A DNA stretch of 63,231 nucleotides, counting the filler, from Rhabdomonas costata (lineage: Eukaryota), in the NCBI GenBank assembly GCA_019059605.1. It is 50 parts of 50 records of this genome, joined end to end, with 100 filler letters (N's around TTAATTAATTAA, not from the genome) between each part and the next. Parts side by side here need not be neighbours in the genome. Positions count along the whole stretch, not along the records: positions 50,686 to 51,852 come from JAHMHO010025378.1; positions 51,953 to 53,118 come from JAHMHO010025379.1; positions 53,219 to 54,384 come from JAHMHO010025380.1; positions 54,485 to 55,648 come from JAHMHO010025381.1; positions 55,749 to 56,914 come from JAHMHO010025382.1; positions 57,015 to 58,180 come from JAHMHO010025383.1; positions 58,281 to 59,445 come from JAHMHO010025384.1; positions 59,546 to 60,711 come from JAHMHO010025385.1; 42 more parts are not named here. One strand, written 5' to 3'. Both the position numbers and the translations under genes were made by a program. Positions 51,033-62,837 of the stretch are shown here, one piece after another. The notes under the pieces were generated by a model. It did no database searches. It saw only the letters and a program-made list of their open reading frames with translations, and had not been told where the DNA came from. Position 1 is the stretch's first letter. Every line of letters begins with the position of its first letter.

Positions 51033-52118
51033 AGAAGGAACTTCGTAGAGCTTCGTATTAGATAGCAGAAGATTTCGTAGTGTTGGACGAAGAGTTGAGT
51101 TGTCTTTGTTGCTGTGTGTTGTTACCTTTCAGGTGGAGCAGCAAAGAGTACTTTCGATAATAAGCAACGCTCTTTGTTGTTGGTGTGTTCGCAGCGGGAC
51201 TTTGTGCTGTGGACAGTGCTGTTGTGGAGGTGCGGTGCCGTGTTGTTTCGCATGGTGTGAATGCTTTTCGTAAAGAGAAGGGAATGTTCGTATCGTATAA
51301 AGTTAAGCTTTCTTGTGGTAAGAATCGTTCAGTTAGAAGTGCTGAGCCGTTGGAGTGATCGGACGTCGGAGGCAGAAGTGCATCCTCCGTCCTAGCAGGG
51401 GAGGGTGTAACGGCTCAGCATACGTAGGAAGAACGTTTTGTAGTAGAAAATAGAGGAGACAGCTTGGTGAGCCAGACAAGATTTTCGTAGTAGCTTGGAA
51501 GCTTGGTTAGTCGCAGAAGTTGGTAAGGAGCAGAGGAGATCGTTTAAAGAACAGAGATCAGTTGAGGCTTTGAAGGTGTTCAAGAAATTCGTAAATCTGT
51601 GCGAGAGCAGTAGAAAAGCGAGTTAGCAGCAGGCAGTTCGTAAGGACAGCTTTTGGGAGAAGGCAGTGGTGCAGAGCAAAGGACAGTGGAGAAGCGAGTG
51701 TGGAAAGCAGGTTTCTCAAAGGAGAGGTTTCAGAAAGAGAGTTTTAGGAGCAGAGGCGGTCAAGCTGAAGCTTTGAGCAGAGTGCTGGCAGCGAAGGCGG
51801 CGGAAAACAAGAAGGAGAAGGCGCAGGAGGACGGTGCTGAGGAGAGCCGTTCNNNNNNNNNNNNNNNNNNNNNNNNNNNNNNNNNNNNNNNNNNNNTTAA
51901 TTAATTAANNNNNNNNNNNNNNNNNNNNNNNNNNNNNNNNNNNNNNNNNNNNGTTGGGTTGTTGTCTGCCCGGTTGTCCGATGCTTTGCACACAGTTGAA
52001 GTGCGGATCACATATCTGAGGCTTCACCAGTCTGAAGTTTTCGAGGACCCCAGCGTTGCGGCTATGGGCACTTGCGCGCAATTTTCCATTTTTCTTGTCC
52101 CGGGGTTGCCTACTCAGA

Positions 52119-53078
52119 TTCAGCGGGTGTGGCGAGGTATGCAGGGCCGCAAGAGGGCTGTGGCGCTGCTCACGCAGCGGTACGCCGATCTGCAAGTGCA
52201 GCTAATTGGGGCCGTGGTGAAGATCCAGAGCGTGTGGCGTGGGTTCAGCCTTCGCCGGGGTGGCCTTGACAAGCTCTGGGCCGCGCGAGCTGCCGAGGCA
52301 CGAACCCTCCCCTCATCCACCTACCCCACACCCTCGCGCTGGAACGCCCGCTCTTCGCTCTGGAGTTGCCCTTCGCCTCCTTCCAAAACTATGCTCCAGA
52401 TCGCATGGTCCTTGTCAAGTTGCGTCTGGTTGGGGACATGTGGCTTGCACTGCCCGCTCACAGCGCAAGCGGCAAGTCGAGACTTGAGGCTGCCCTCTGC
52501 TCCGCATTTCTGGTGCAGCTCAACCAAAACCATATGCAGAAATCAAATTCATCGAATAGCTAACGGATCCCAGCGTCATGACAAAATGGACATGAAAGGA
52601 ACCCCCCTCCATCCTTCCCCTCCTTTTACAACCATGATGCACACCACACGCTTCATGGTGAGTGTCGCAATTGCGGACATTTGTCTTCTCTTGCACTGCC
52701 CACCCTCAGCATCGGCGACTTAAAGACGTGACAAGACTCTTCCTGCAACTCCCAATTGCAGGAGCGGGCCAACCAAAAAATCAAATTCATCGAGCAAGAG
52801 TTGATAAACACCCAGAAGCGGGCGAGCGGATTTGACAAGTGTTGGAATGGCGTCCGGCCCACTGGTACTGAATAAAATGCAGAAGGAGGGAGCCCTAAAC
52901 ATGCGTGTTCTCTTCCACAGAAAGCAGCCCTGCGGGAATGGGCAGCGCCTGTGATTCAGCGGCTGTACCGGGGCCACCGTGCGCGGTGCGTGGCGCGGGA
53001 GTTGCGCCGGAAGCACCGCCAGACCGAGGACCGCATGCTCGGGGCTGCCGCCACTGAGATTGGCCGCCTGTGGCGCGG
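52119..53078 (+). CDS. Multi-IQ-motif calmodulin-binding protein, several exons
   Basis: IQRVWRGMQGRK, IQSVWRGFSLRR, IQRLYRGHRAR, IGRLWRG. Confidence 0.85.
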
Positions 53079-53218
53079 GTGCGGAACCCCCCTCCCCTTG
53101 TACCCACGCCACAAAACANNNNNNNNNNNNNNNNNNNNNNNNNNNNNNNNNNNNNNNNNNNNTTAATTAATTAANNNNNNNNNNNNNNNNNNNNNNNNNN
53201 NNNNNNNNNNNNNNNNNN

Positions 53219-54384
53219 GTGGTGGGTGTGTTTGGTGTGGTGTTGATGCTGACCGGCGAGTTCTTGGCGAGTGGCATGCTGATGTGGCTTGCGGCTTAGC
53301 TGCACTGGCCAGGGTATATTCTTCACTGGGCAAATTGGAAGAAGCTGAGAGATTTTTTGAGAAGGCCTTGAGAATAAAGAGGCGGTGGTTCGGCAGCGAG
53401 CATCCCGAGACAGCGGCCGCTCTGAACATTTTTGCTGATTTCCTCATGACTGGAGGGCGTGAAACAGAAGCCGAGCCTCTACTTGTGGAAGCATTGAGGA
53501 TTCGGAGACTTCCCTCAAACAGAACCAATATTAATTCCGCCATGGGCGAGGCAACGTGCTTACGAAGTCTTGCGGCTGTTTATCGAACTCATGGGAAGTA
53601 TGCAGAAGCAGAACCTTTAATACACGAGGCTATGGCCATTCAAAGTCAGCAGGTTGGTGCCGATCACCCCGAATATGCCTTTAGCTCGAACGTTCTTGGG
53701 GACATTTACGTCAAGCAGGGCAAATTTGCGGAAGCGGAGGCGGAGTTTGAGAAGGCCTTGAGGATTTGGAAGCAGAACGGTGGTGTCGATCACCCCGAGG
53801 TGGCGTTCTGTCTGAACAGGCTCGGGGTTCTTTTCAGCACGCCGGGCTACAGCCTTGGGGCTACCTTCGGTCCTCAAGGCAATCTAGCAGCAGCGGAGTG
53901 GCATTTGCAGGAGTCCTTGAGAATATACGGAAAACACCTCGGCAGTCATCCAACGGTGGCGCAATGTTTACGCGATTTAGGGTCCGTGTACCTGAAAAGG
54001 GGCAGGTTTGCGGATATGGAGTCCCTGTATGAGCAGGTTTTGGGGATGGAGCGGCAGCTCTATGGCATCGGTGACCACCCCGCTGTCGCGAGAACCCTGA
54101 ACGTAATCGCATCCATTTGCAGCAAGCAAGGGAAGTATTCCCATGCAGAGCCACGCTTTGCCGAAGCCCTGAAGATTCAGAAGCATCTGGGCAGCGAGCA
54201 CGTTGACATGGCTATAACCCTGCTGGATTACGGGTTGCACCACGGGAGGCAAGGTAAACACGCCCCCGCTCAGCAGCTAATAGCAGAGGGTTTCGGGATT
54301 CTGCGGAGCCACTTTGGCAACCACCACCCACGTTTGGCGCTATACTTGCGGGAAGTAGCGATCGAGTTGAGCAACCAAGGCAAT
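53219..54384 (+). CDS. TPR-repeat protein (kinesin-light-chain/nephrocystin-3-like ~42-aa TPRs), partial
   Basis: Contig-long ORF with about 9 repeats of G.EHP.vA..LN.La.vY..QGK..EAE.L...AL.I. Confidence 0.92.
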
Positions 54385-54601
54385 NNNNNNNNNNNNNNNN
54401 NNNNNNNNNNNNNNNNNNNNNNNNNNNNTTAATTAATTAANNNNNNNNNNNNNNNNNNNNNNNNNNNNNNNNNNNNNNNNNNNNGGGGTGTGGGTTTCAT
54501 ACAGTAAGGCGGTGGTGGGGAGATTTTGGCAATTCTAACATTCCTCATTGGATGAGCAAAGCTGAGGCTCAGAAAGCAGGAAGAAACACACCCTGAGGAA
54601 G

Positions 54602-55600
54602 CTATTCGTAGTCCGACCACGGCATCCACGGCGTCCAGGCGGTGAGCGCTAGAGAAGGCCTGCGCTGCCGCAACGAGGTCCCCAGTGGGCTGAAGCAGCG
54701 CCCGCTGCAGCACCCCGTGGAGCTGCTGAGGCGGGCACAGCTCACCTCCGAAGAGCTTCTGAAACAGAGAGAGAAAGTAGCCGGTCGCACACCACGGGCA
54801 CCGAAGCAAACAGCATCGATAACGAAACACTCCCATTTAAACGCGTGCAAGAAAGTGTTGATGAAGAGTATGACGAAGTCACTGAGACAAACGCTGGTTG
54901 CCAGACACAGGAGACGTCACAGCCTGAAGCATAGTAACGTATCTAATAAAAAGCAGTCCGCTCAAGGGTAGTTGGCGTGAACTGCAAGCAGTAGAAATAA
55001 GCACAAAGACACCCAAGAGGTCATTTCGAGCCCTACGAAAAAGGAAGCAAAGACCCTTGCTCCGAAATAGTGCACCACACCGCGATCATCGCCCGCGGGG
55101 CGAAGGCTAGCACTCCAAAGGGCTGTCTGGGAAATTCCAGCGCCGTAATCACCGTCACTCGGTCGGGAAGCACCTCAGTCCAGTTTCCAGAACGAAGCGA
55201 AAGACCCCCGGAAAGGCTGCGGAAAGCCTGTGCGACGCATGGCTTTAAACCAACGCCAAGGACGAGGAAAACAATGAAAAAAAGCGTTAGTTGGTGTAAT
55301 CTCGATACGGTGTTGAATGGTTTAGAATCCCGAAAGTCCACCAACAACGTTGAGCATACTCAATTCTCTAGCCACTGAGCGACGAGCGAACCCCCCCCCC
55401 ACCACAAGTCATCGAAAGAAACCCAACCTACCGCGTCCTCGGGAATCTGGAAGGAAGTGTCCTGAAGCTGCCACCGGAAGTACGGGCACCGGATGTACGG
55501 TCTCACCTCCGGCCAATCCACGAGAGCCACTCTTCCAGTTACATAACCCAGCATCCAAATGTTCACCACAAACTCGACTCGGTCGGCGTACCCGATTTTC
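54602..55600 (-). CDS. Multi-exon gene, possibly glycosyltransferase-like
   Basis: GT/AG-bounded exons IGYADRVEFVVNIWMLGYVTGRVALVDWP...|AFRSLSGG...|KLFGGEL; weak resemblance to the GxGD/NR...T.R...DW fucosyltransferase start. Confidence 0.35.
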
Positions 55601-56775
55601 TCTTAGAAGGACGATGGCGGGGGGGGGGAGGGGTAACAATCTTTTCTGNNNNNNNNNNNNNNNNNNNNNNNNNNNNNNNNNNNNNNNNNNNNTTAATTAA
55701 TTAANNNNNNNNNNNNNNNNNNNNNNNNNNNNNNNNNNNNNNNNNNNNGTTGTTGGGTACTCCCTGCTACCACCTGATTGGAATCCCAGGTAATGGTGTG
55801 TCCTCCGATAACCCTTCGGGTTTCATCGATTGAATCCTAGTTTGATCGCCCTGATTTTTGTCGCCTGCTGGATGAACCTTTGCTCGGAAAAACACGCGAC
55901 ACAGCGGAGGAAGGGTTTGGTGCGGAAAAAAGCCAATGGCTCGCTAAAATACCGCGGAAGACCCACGGGACGTCTGCTCGGATCAGCTCACGTCACAACG
56001 TCAGAGCTTTAGAGAGGTGTAATACACAAACACAAAGCAAGCACAGAGCAATTGCAGATGAGCTGTTCTGTTTGCAGGCGTGTGTGTGTGTGTTTTGCGT
56101 GTGTGTGTGTGTGTGTGTGACAGGGAGGGAGCATAAATTCCATCCACTTCTGCCCTGCCCTGCACAACAAGAACCACTCGGCCGTGTAGAGGCGCAACTG
56201 AGGAAAAGAGGATTGCGCGTATAGGCAGATTCTCGTTTCCAGCGCCTCTCCTATCTCTACCACTGCTTTTTGCTTTTTTTTTTCCGTTTGCTTTACGCCG
56301 AACAGCTCTCATTCCGACGCGACAATGCGGAAGAGCCACCAGTAGCCTTTTTGGTGGGCTTGCGCAAGCGCTATGGGATTTCTCGCAACATTTTCCATCT
56401 TTCTTCATGATTGCTTCATTTCGAGTGGGATGTGTCTCTGTCGTTTTGTTGTGTGATGCCAGAGCTCAGTATCCACTGGGCCCGCTGTGCTCGAAGTTAC
56501 TCTCCGACCATTAATCTGTCGGAATTGGAAGCCAGTGGGTTCATCTTTTTTCTGGATTGCGTCTGCTTTTGTGCCTTCTCTCTTTCTCTGATTGCTTGCA
56601 TTTCCGGTGACTGCTGCAGCGCCAGTTCAGCTGCTCACGTTTCCACTGCACCGACGATGTCACCGCTGATGCCCCTCTATTTTCTCCCTTTATTTTCACT
56701 GAGGTTTGCGGAGTGACCAATGAATCCTGAAGCACGAAGAATCGTGTAGGTGAGAGAGGTCGTATCCTGTCTTTC

Positions 56776-56905
56776 TTTTGTATCATGAGATGGTCCGAGC
56801 CAAACTATCACTCACAGTTCTCACTCACGTTCTCTCAGATGCTGAGATGCGTTGGAGGGAGAACTGTGAGTGATAGTTTGGCTCGGACCATCTCATGATA
56901 CAAAA
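56776..56905. repeat. Terminal fold-back inverted repeat (47-bp arms)
   Basis: 56776-56822 is the reverse complement of 56859-56905, at the contig end. Confidence 0.85.
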
Positions 56906-57014
56906 CCCCCACAANNNNNNNNNNNNNNNNNNNNNNNNNNNNNNNNNNNNNNNNNNNNTTAATTAATTAANNNNNNNNNNNNNNNNNNNNNNNNNNNNNN
57001 NNNNNNNNNNNNNN

Positions 57015-58018
57015 GTTGTTTGAGGGTCGAGGCACCTTGGGTCCCGCGGGGTACCTCCCGCTGGCATCCAACTCCTGGCCCAAGCAAATGGACCGCCTGC
57101 TGCAGTTCCACACCTCGTGCGCGCGATACCGGGCCCACCGGAAGTGGATCAAGCACAATGAGGGCAGCCCAGTGGGACAGTGGCGGAAGGTGGACTATCC
57201 CGTGGTGCGGAAGTATGTGATGCAACGACTGGGCGGGAACGCGGAGGGTCACGCTGAGGCTTTCACAGACGGCGTGATCAGCTCGCTGTGGTACCTGTGT
57301 CTCTTCGACGTGGCAGTCTTCATGGAAGAGGTGGACCAATTTTTTGTGTTGTGACTATTGGAGCAGAGAGAGGGCAAATTGAAAGATTGTATGGGCGTGT
57401 AAATCCGAAATTCCTAACCAACTCACATATGTACTTTCTGAATCTCAGCCGGGCATTTCCTTCCCCGCTCCCTCGCCACCAATGCAAGGTGTGCCAAAGA
57501 AGGGGCAGCAGCCTGGGTTTTCACTTCCCACACCCCACTTACAGGACCACCCACGGGCATACTGAACCTAAGCTCGCTGGGGATGCTCAGCACACGTTGG
57601 GGTGTAGCCCATGTGTACTTCATGCTGGCACTGTAGTGGGTCAGAATGCTTTAGTGCTAACTGCCCTAGAATTCTTTAACGGGCCTTTCACGTCATTTTG
57701 CTTTTGTTGGCACACTGACAGCACCCCCTGGTGTGGCAACAGGTGGTTTGCTTTTGGATTTGCTCTGCCGCTGCCGCACAGAACCGGTTTTGCCTGCTCT
57801 TCGATGACCCTGGAGTGCTGGAGATTATGGAGTACGGGGACGACCTGGAGAAGTACTGGAGCCACGCTTATGGCTACGGCATCAACGCGAGGATGGCCGT
57901 CGATCTGCTTTCCGACCTTCTCGTCACCCTGCGCAACGCCACCAGGGTGGGCTACTTGGGCAAGTCCTCAATGAACTTCGCTCACGCGGAAACCCTCGGG
58001 CCCCTTTTCGCCGCACTG
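57015..58018 (+). CDS. MINPP1: Multiple inositol polyphosphate phosphatase (histidine acid phosphatase); exons to 57330 and 57782-58018
   Basis: DRLLQFHTSCARY...LWYLCLFD...FCLLF...MEYGDDLEKYWSHAYGYGIN...FAHAETLGPL (HAET motif). Confidence 0.88.
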
Positions 58019-58511
58019 GTGTGGAACATTTCTTCCAGATTTTCTTTCCTTTCTGATTTTCATTCTCACGCTCCCCCCAACTCCTCACCACCCGTCGGCG
58101 GCAAAGGCTCGCAGCCACTCTACCCCCAGCGTTCTGTGGGTCATATCCCACCCCCGCCAGTTTTTGCAGTCTTACACAACNNNNNNNNNNNNNNNNNNNN
58201 NNNNNNNNNNNNNNNNNNNNNNNNTTAATTAATTAANNNNNNNNNNNNNNNNNNNNNNNNNNNNNNNNNNNNNNNNNNNNGGTTAGGTTCACATAATACA
58301 CTATAAACCAGCGATATACCAGCACTTCGGTAAAGGTAAGAATTGGGGGAAGAGGATGCTGACGGGGGGGGGGGCTGAAGTCCTGAGGGATTGTGCTCGT
58401 GCGTGTGTTTGCTAAGCTTGCTGTGCTGGGTTGTTTACATTCAACTGGGGTGGCTGCTTGGCATTTTGCACGCTCCCGTGACCCTCATCCCCTTCCCCCC
58501 TCCCGCCACAG

Positions 58512-59380
58512 GAGCATACGCAGTACGTTCCCGTGCCGATCTCCGAGATCATCGCCTGCGTGGGTAGTCCCACGGTCTATGTCCTGGGTACGCACCCCCC
58601 CTCTTTGCCTTCCTCCCTTGGACCGGGTCTTGTGGAAATGGTTTGCACGCACCAATTGTTCCTCTTTCTCCCTTCCCTCCACAGACTGTTCCAACGCCGG
58701 GGCAATTCTGTACTTCTGGTACAAGTCGCGGTACCATGAGAATCGCAAGGTGCCCAACCCCCCCCCCTTTTTCTCTTTTTCTTCTTCTGTTAAACAGGGG
58801 GGAGGCAACCATGGCTTGAGGCAATTTGCAATTCTCTGTGCTTCTGATAGGTTACACCTCCTCCCGAAGCTATATAGTATATTGGGGTATTGGGTGGACT
58901 CTCAGCAGCGCAGCCTTTTTGCTCCACAAGCATGTGATTTGTGTGCAGGGGGACATCATCATCGCGGCCTGCAAGGCTCACGAGACGCTGCCCATGAACC
59001 CCAACCTTCCGGCAGGTCATAACTTGCCCTCCTCCCTCCGTCCGTGTTCGCGGGTAAGCTCAGCGAGGTAACCCTTTGGACAGTGGAAAACCCCTTCCGT
59101 GGTGCAGTTTTATCGGGCACTCGAAACGCAGCGTCCTCCTGGTCTGGCCTTCTTCTGAACGTGGTGCAAGAATCGTTTCAGGCCACTAGGCTTTTTTCGG
59201 ACCGGTTTGTACTGCTCAGCAGCCTCAATAGGCTCAGATTTTTGGTCCCGCAGCTTGAGCAAGGGCTAGGGATTTAGCCCGGTTGAATGCGCCAGCGTAC
59301 CCACACTCTCTCACGTTTTGCTTCTTCTCAGACCTCCTGACGTCCTGTTTAACGACTCCAATTCGGATGGCCCTTGAGTG
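58512..59380 (+). CDS. RPTOR: Raptor/KOG1 N-terminal conserved domain; exons 58512-58587, 58685-58749, 58949-59015, 59332-59380
   Basis: Three GT-AG introns splice in frame to HTQYVPVPISEIIACVGSPTVYVLDCSNAG...[36 protein letters not shown]. Confidence 0.95.
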
Positions 59381-59545
59381 GTACGTATTCTCTCTCATTG
59401 CGCTTTGTCAGAAACGTCCCCACCCCACCCACACACACCCAACACNNNNNNNNNNNNNNNNNNNNNNNNNNNNNNNNNNNNNNNNNNNNTTAATTAATTA
59501 ANNNNNNNNNNNNNNNNNNNNNNNNNNNNNNNNNNNNNNNNNNNN

Positions 59546-60520
59546 TGAACCCTAGCTCTTGCAGACTCTTAAGCTGCTTTTGTAGATCCACATCTTCCGC
59601 TGGCAACATCCCATACAACCTTTGCGCTGTGATCTCGCTGTTCGGCATCAGATCAATCCCGTGATTTGTCTTCCTCGCTGGCGGCAAACCACTCCATATT
59701 CAACTCGTCAATCCCTAGTGGTGTCGGCACTAACGCACATGGGGTGCCGCACACTCTGTGTTGCACCTCCTTGATCAGCTTCTCCACCTCTTTCATTGGA
59801 TAATTCCGCAACTTTCTCTTTGTCTTCCACTTTAGCTCTTGTGCTCTTGCCACTGCTCGCTAATCTTCCGCCGTAAACACGACTTTTTCTACCTCACTTT
59901 CTGCTACTCCTTTGTTCCCAACCATCTCTTGGAGCACTGAAATATCGGCTGGTGGGCCACTACAAACACCTTCACCAGTCTCCATCCGCTTAGAGTCAAC
60001 CGCTTGATCAGACCGTGAACTCTCCTCTGCTAAAATGAGCACGGTGATATTCATCTCGTTCATGGGGGGCGCCAACTCAATCTGCATCCTCCCCCCTTAA
60101 CCATGAAATTGACTTTCCCCCTCCTCCAACTCATCTTCCAACATAACATTTGTGGGCAATGTGATACCAAAAGTGTATGCTGCTGGAAGTGCCTGGATCT
60201 CGTAGATCCTCCCCTTTCTCCAAAAACTCACCAACCTCTTCCTCCAATCAATGTGAGGCTGCAACCTTGCCAGAAACTGGTACCACAGTACCACAGGGAT
60301 CGCTGTCTTAATCACTCGTAGGTGCAACTTCACTGGCATTTGTCCCAACCTGGCCTGAACTCGAACAAAGTGCTTTACCGGAAAACCTTCCCCATTGGAT
60401 ACTCTCACTGTCAGCTTCTGCTGCAGGGGTTAAATCTGCAACCTCAACTAGCCAACGACATCTTGACTAATAAAATAGTCAGGCGCACCTGCGTCGAGCA
60501 AGGCTAGCACTTGTTTAGTA
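59546..60520 (-). mobile_element. Decayed Ty3/Gypsy LTR retrotransposon pol: aspartic protease, linker and RT N-terminus
   Basis: VLALLDAGAPDYFIS (about 60510-60466) with stops, VVLWYQFLARLQPHIDW, then PPARKTNHGIDLMP...RLYGM...LQKQLKSLQELGF. Confidence 0.85.
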
Positions 60521-60829
60521 CCAATCACAAAAAGTAGTAACAACAACGGCATCCATTAGCAATCAACTTAAAGATTGCCTGTGCTGTGACATCTCCAACT
60601 TAACATTTAGCAAATATGGAGCATCTACACGTGAATATTCCAATATCTCGTGTGAGGAAAGAGCCATCTTTTGCTACCAAGGTCTGCCTTCCAAAGCTCC
60701 GAGTCCACCTTNNNNNNNNNNNNNNNNNNNNNNNNNNNNNNNNNNNNNNNNNNNNTTAATTAATTAANNNNNNNNNNNNNNNNNNNNNNNNNNNNNNNNN
60801 NNNNNNNNNNNGGGGGTGTGGTGGCGCAC

Positions 60830-61498
60830 TCTCGCCAGGCCTCCGCCAGTCCGGTCCTCCAGCTTGTCCAGGAACCATCCCTGATTGCGGGCGGAGAAGA
60901 CGCCGGGCAGGGGCCGGTCCAGAGCCACTGTGAGTTCAGCTTCCCCTGATTTGCACATCACCTTCACCACCTCCCCCTGGCCGACCAACCAAGCTGTGGG
61001 CTCACAGCTGACTCCCACCCGCTGCTGCTCCCAAATCAGGCAGGCATCAGCAGCCTCCCCATAGGTTACGGGCTTTCTCAAAACCACACCAAGAGAGGAG
61101 GAGTCCCGTTCGGGGGCAGGCAGTAAGGAAAGCCCCGCAAGGCAGCACCCAAATTTCTCCCTTTGCATCGGGGTTTGCTCGACCAGAGATCGAATGAGGC
61201 GCTCGGTCCCGCCCCCCTCCTCCTGCTCTTCAAGCTGCAGCAGGGCGGTCCAGTGACGCAGGTAGGCCAAGGTTGGCTCCGAGGAGAGAGGGGAGGTGAG
61301 CTTCTCCCAGTGCTCGCGGGGCAGGCCACTGTTGCCCCAGTCGCCACCCTCCACGGCACGGTGCCAGGCCACACAGTTGAGCAGCTGAGGGCAGTGGCGG
61401 CAGGTTCGCCAGCATCCCGAGACCTCCATCGGGGGTGGAACCTTGGCAGCCAGGGAGCACACCAGGGAGTTGCGAAGCTGAAGCAGGTGTGCTACCTC
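60830..61498 (-). CDS. DNA2: DNA replication nuclease/helicase DNA2, internal exon
   Basis: LLQLRNSL...PPP...CRHCPQLLNCVAWHRAVEGG...SG...LT..L...YLRHWTALLQLEE...REKFGCCL (Fe-S CxxC-x5-C region). Confidence 0.8.
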
Positions 61499-62212
61499 CT
61501 GGTGGGTGGGTGGGGTGGTGGGGTGCCTGGACACAAATGAGGAAAACACGGAGACGCAGAGAATGGCCAAGTGTAAGCCCAGTTAACAGGGGTCCTATAC
61601 CAACAGCAGTCCTATCATGGGAGGCGTTGGGCGCATTGCGCACTGGCTGTTGCCTGATTGACTGTTGGTGACTACTGTGGACTGACGGGCGCACGCGATG
61701 GTGGCCACGGGCCGCGAGAGGTGCCGTTGGAGCGAACGGTGCCGTGGGAAGGCGGCTCACCGCCGAATGTTCCACATATGGTAACCTCTCTTCTGCCCCA
61801 CGGGTCCCGGGCCTGTGTCGCGCAGCAGCTGCTCTTTTCCGACGGCTACCTGCATTGCTCCATTGCTGATCGGGTCTCTGAGACTCCACACCCCTTCTTT
61901 TCTCGCGGAAACGACCCTTTGAGCTTTTCCTTCGGATGGGTGAGCGGGCAGCACCACCCCCACACNNNNNNNNNNNNNNNNNNNNNNNNNNNNNNNNNNN
62001 NNNNNNNNNTTAATTAATTAANNNNNNNNNNNNNNNNNNNNNNNNNNNNNNNNNNNNNNNNNNNNTGTTTTTGGTCTCGGATTCATCGGCAAAAACAGGA
62101 TGAAGCTCCCACTACACATTACAAAACCTCCAGGAAGGCAGCCGAACGGGCAGCCAGAAAATTTGGAATAAGGGAATACCCCCAAAACAAGCTACTAAAA
62201 ACGCAATCACAC

Positions 62213-62837
62213 CCCAGGGCTTTTCAGGTGCCCGGAATTCATCTCGTTCTTCTCGCGCAGCTGGAAGTAGCTAGTCAGGCGGTCCACGGAGACCTTGCAC
62301 TCCACAAAATAGCCGATCGCCATCGGCAATTTGAACAGCGGGTACAGCAACAACTGGAAAAACATGCCAAGTACTCCCCCCCCCGATATCTTCAATCCCA
62401 GCCACTCAGAAAAGTCATGAATCTCCAAATCATCTTGTTTCACTCGATGTGTGTGTGTGTGTGTTCATACCAACTGCGCGCGAATCTCGTGCTGTCGCGC
62501 AGGGGAGGGGGACGGGCATGTCAAAAACCGGACACTCCTGCGAGTGAACTCAACCCGCGTACAAATCTCGCCTGGGTGCATACAAAAAAAGAACCGCCAA
62601 CGCGAAGAGGTGGCGCTCTGGCTCATTGGTTCCTACACATGGAAGCTCGAAAGGGGCGAGAGGGCGAGTGCAAGAAACAGGAAGGAGAATTTACTGCAAA
62701 ACGATGCATACATCGAAGAGGAGGATGGACATCATTGCCCGGGAAAGGGTTAGCTCATTGCCCGTCAGCACAAAGGTGGTGTTGGAAACCACAGATACCG
62801 CCAGTGGGGTGGTGAACATCAGTGTTGTGTTGAGAGC
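62213..62837 (-). CDS. ABCC/MRP-type ABC transporter, end of TMD1; exons 62837-62712 and 62353-62213
   Basis: TPLAVSVV..TFVLTGNELT..AMMSILLFD|LLLYPLFKLPMAIGYFVECKVSVDRLTSYF. Confidence 0.85.

Noticed and set aside
1168-62065. Regularly spaced TTAATTAATTAA as a CRISPR-like or biological repeat array
   Set aside because: Always embedded in fixed N-runs; it is a synthetic all-frame-stop linker
62402-62416. ACTTTTCTGAGTG (minus) resembling the start of the euglenid spliced leader
   Set aside because: The match ends after about 12 nt, lacks the rest of the leader and donor, and is inside an intron
62354-62730. Apparent GT-GG intron in the ABCC gene
   Set aside because: A conventional GTATGC...TTCCAG intron (62711-62354) gives the better in-frame product SILLFD|LLLYPL
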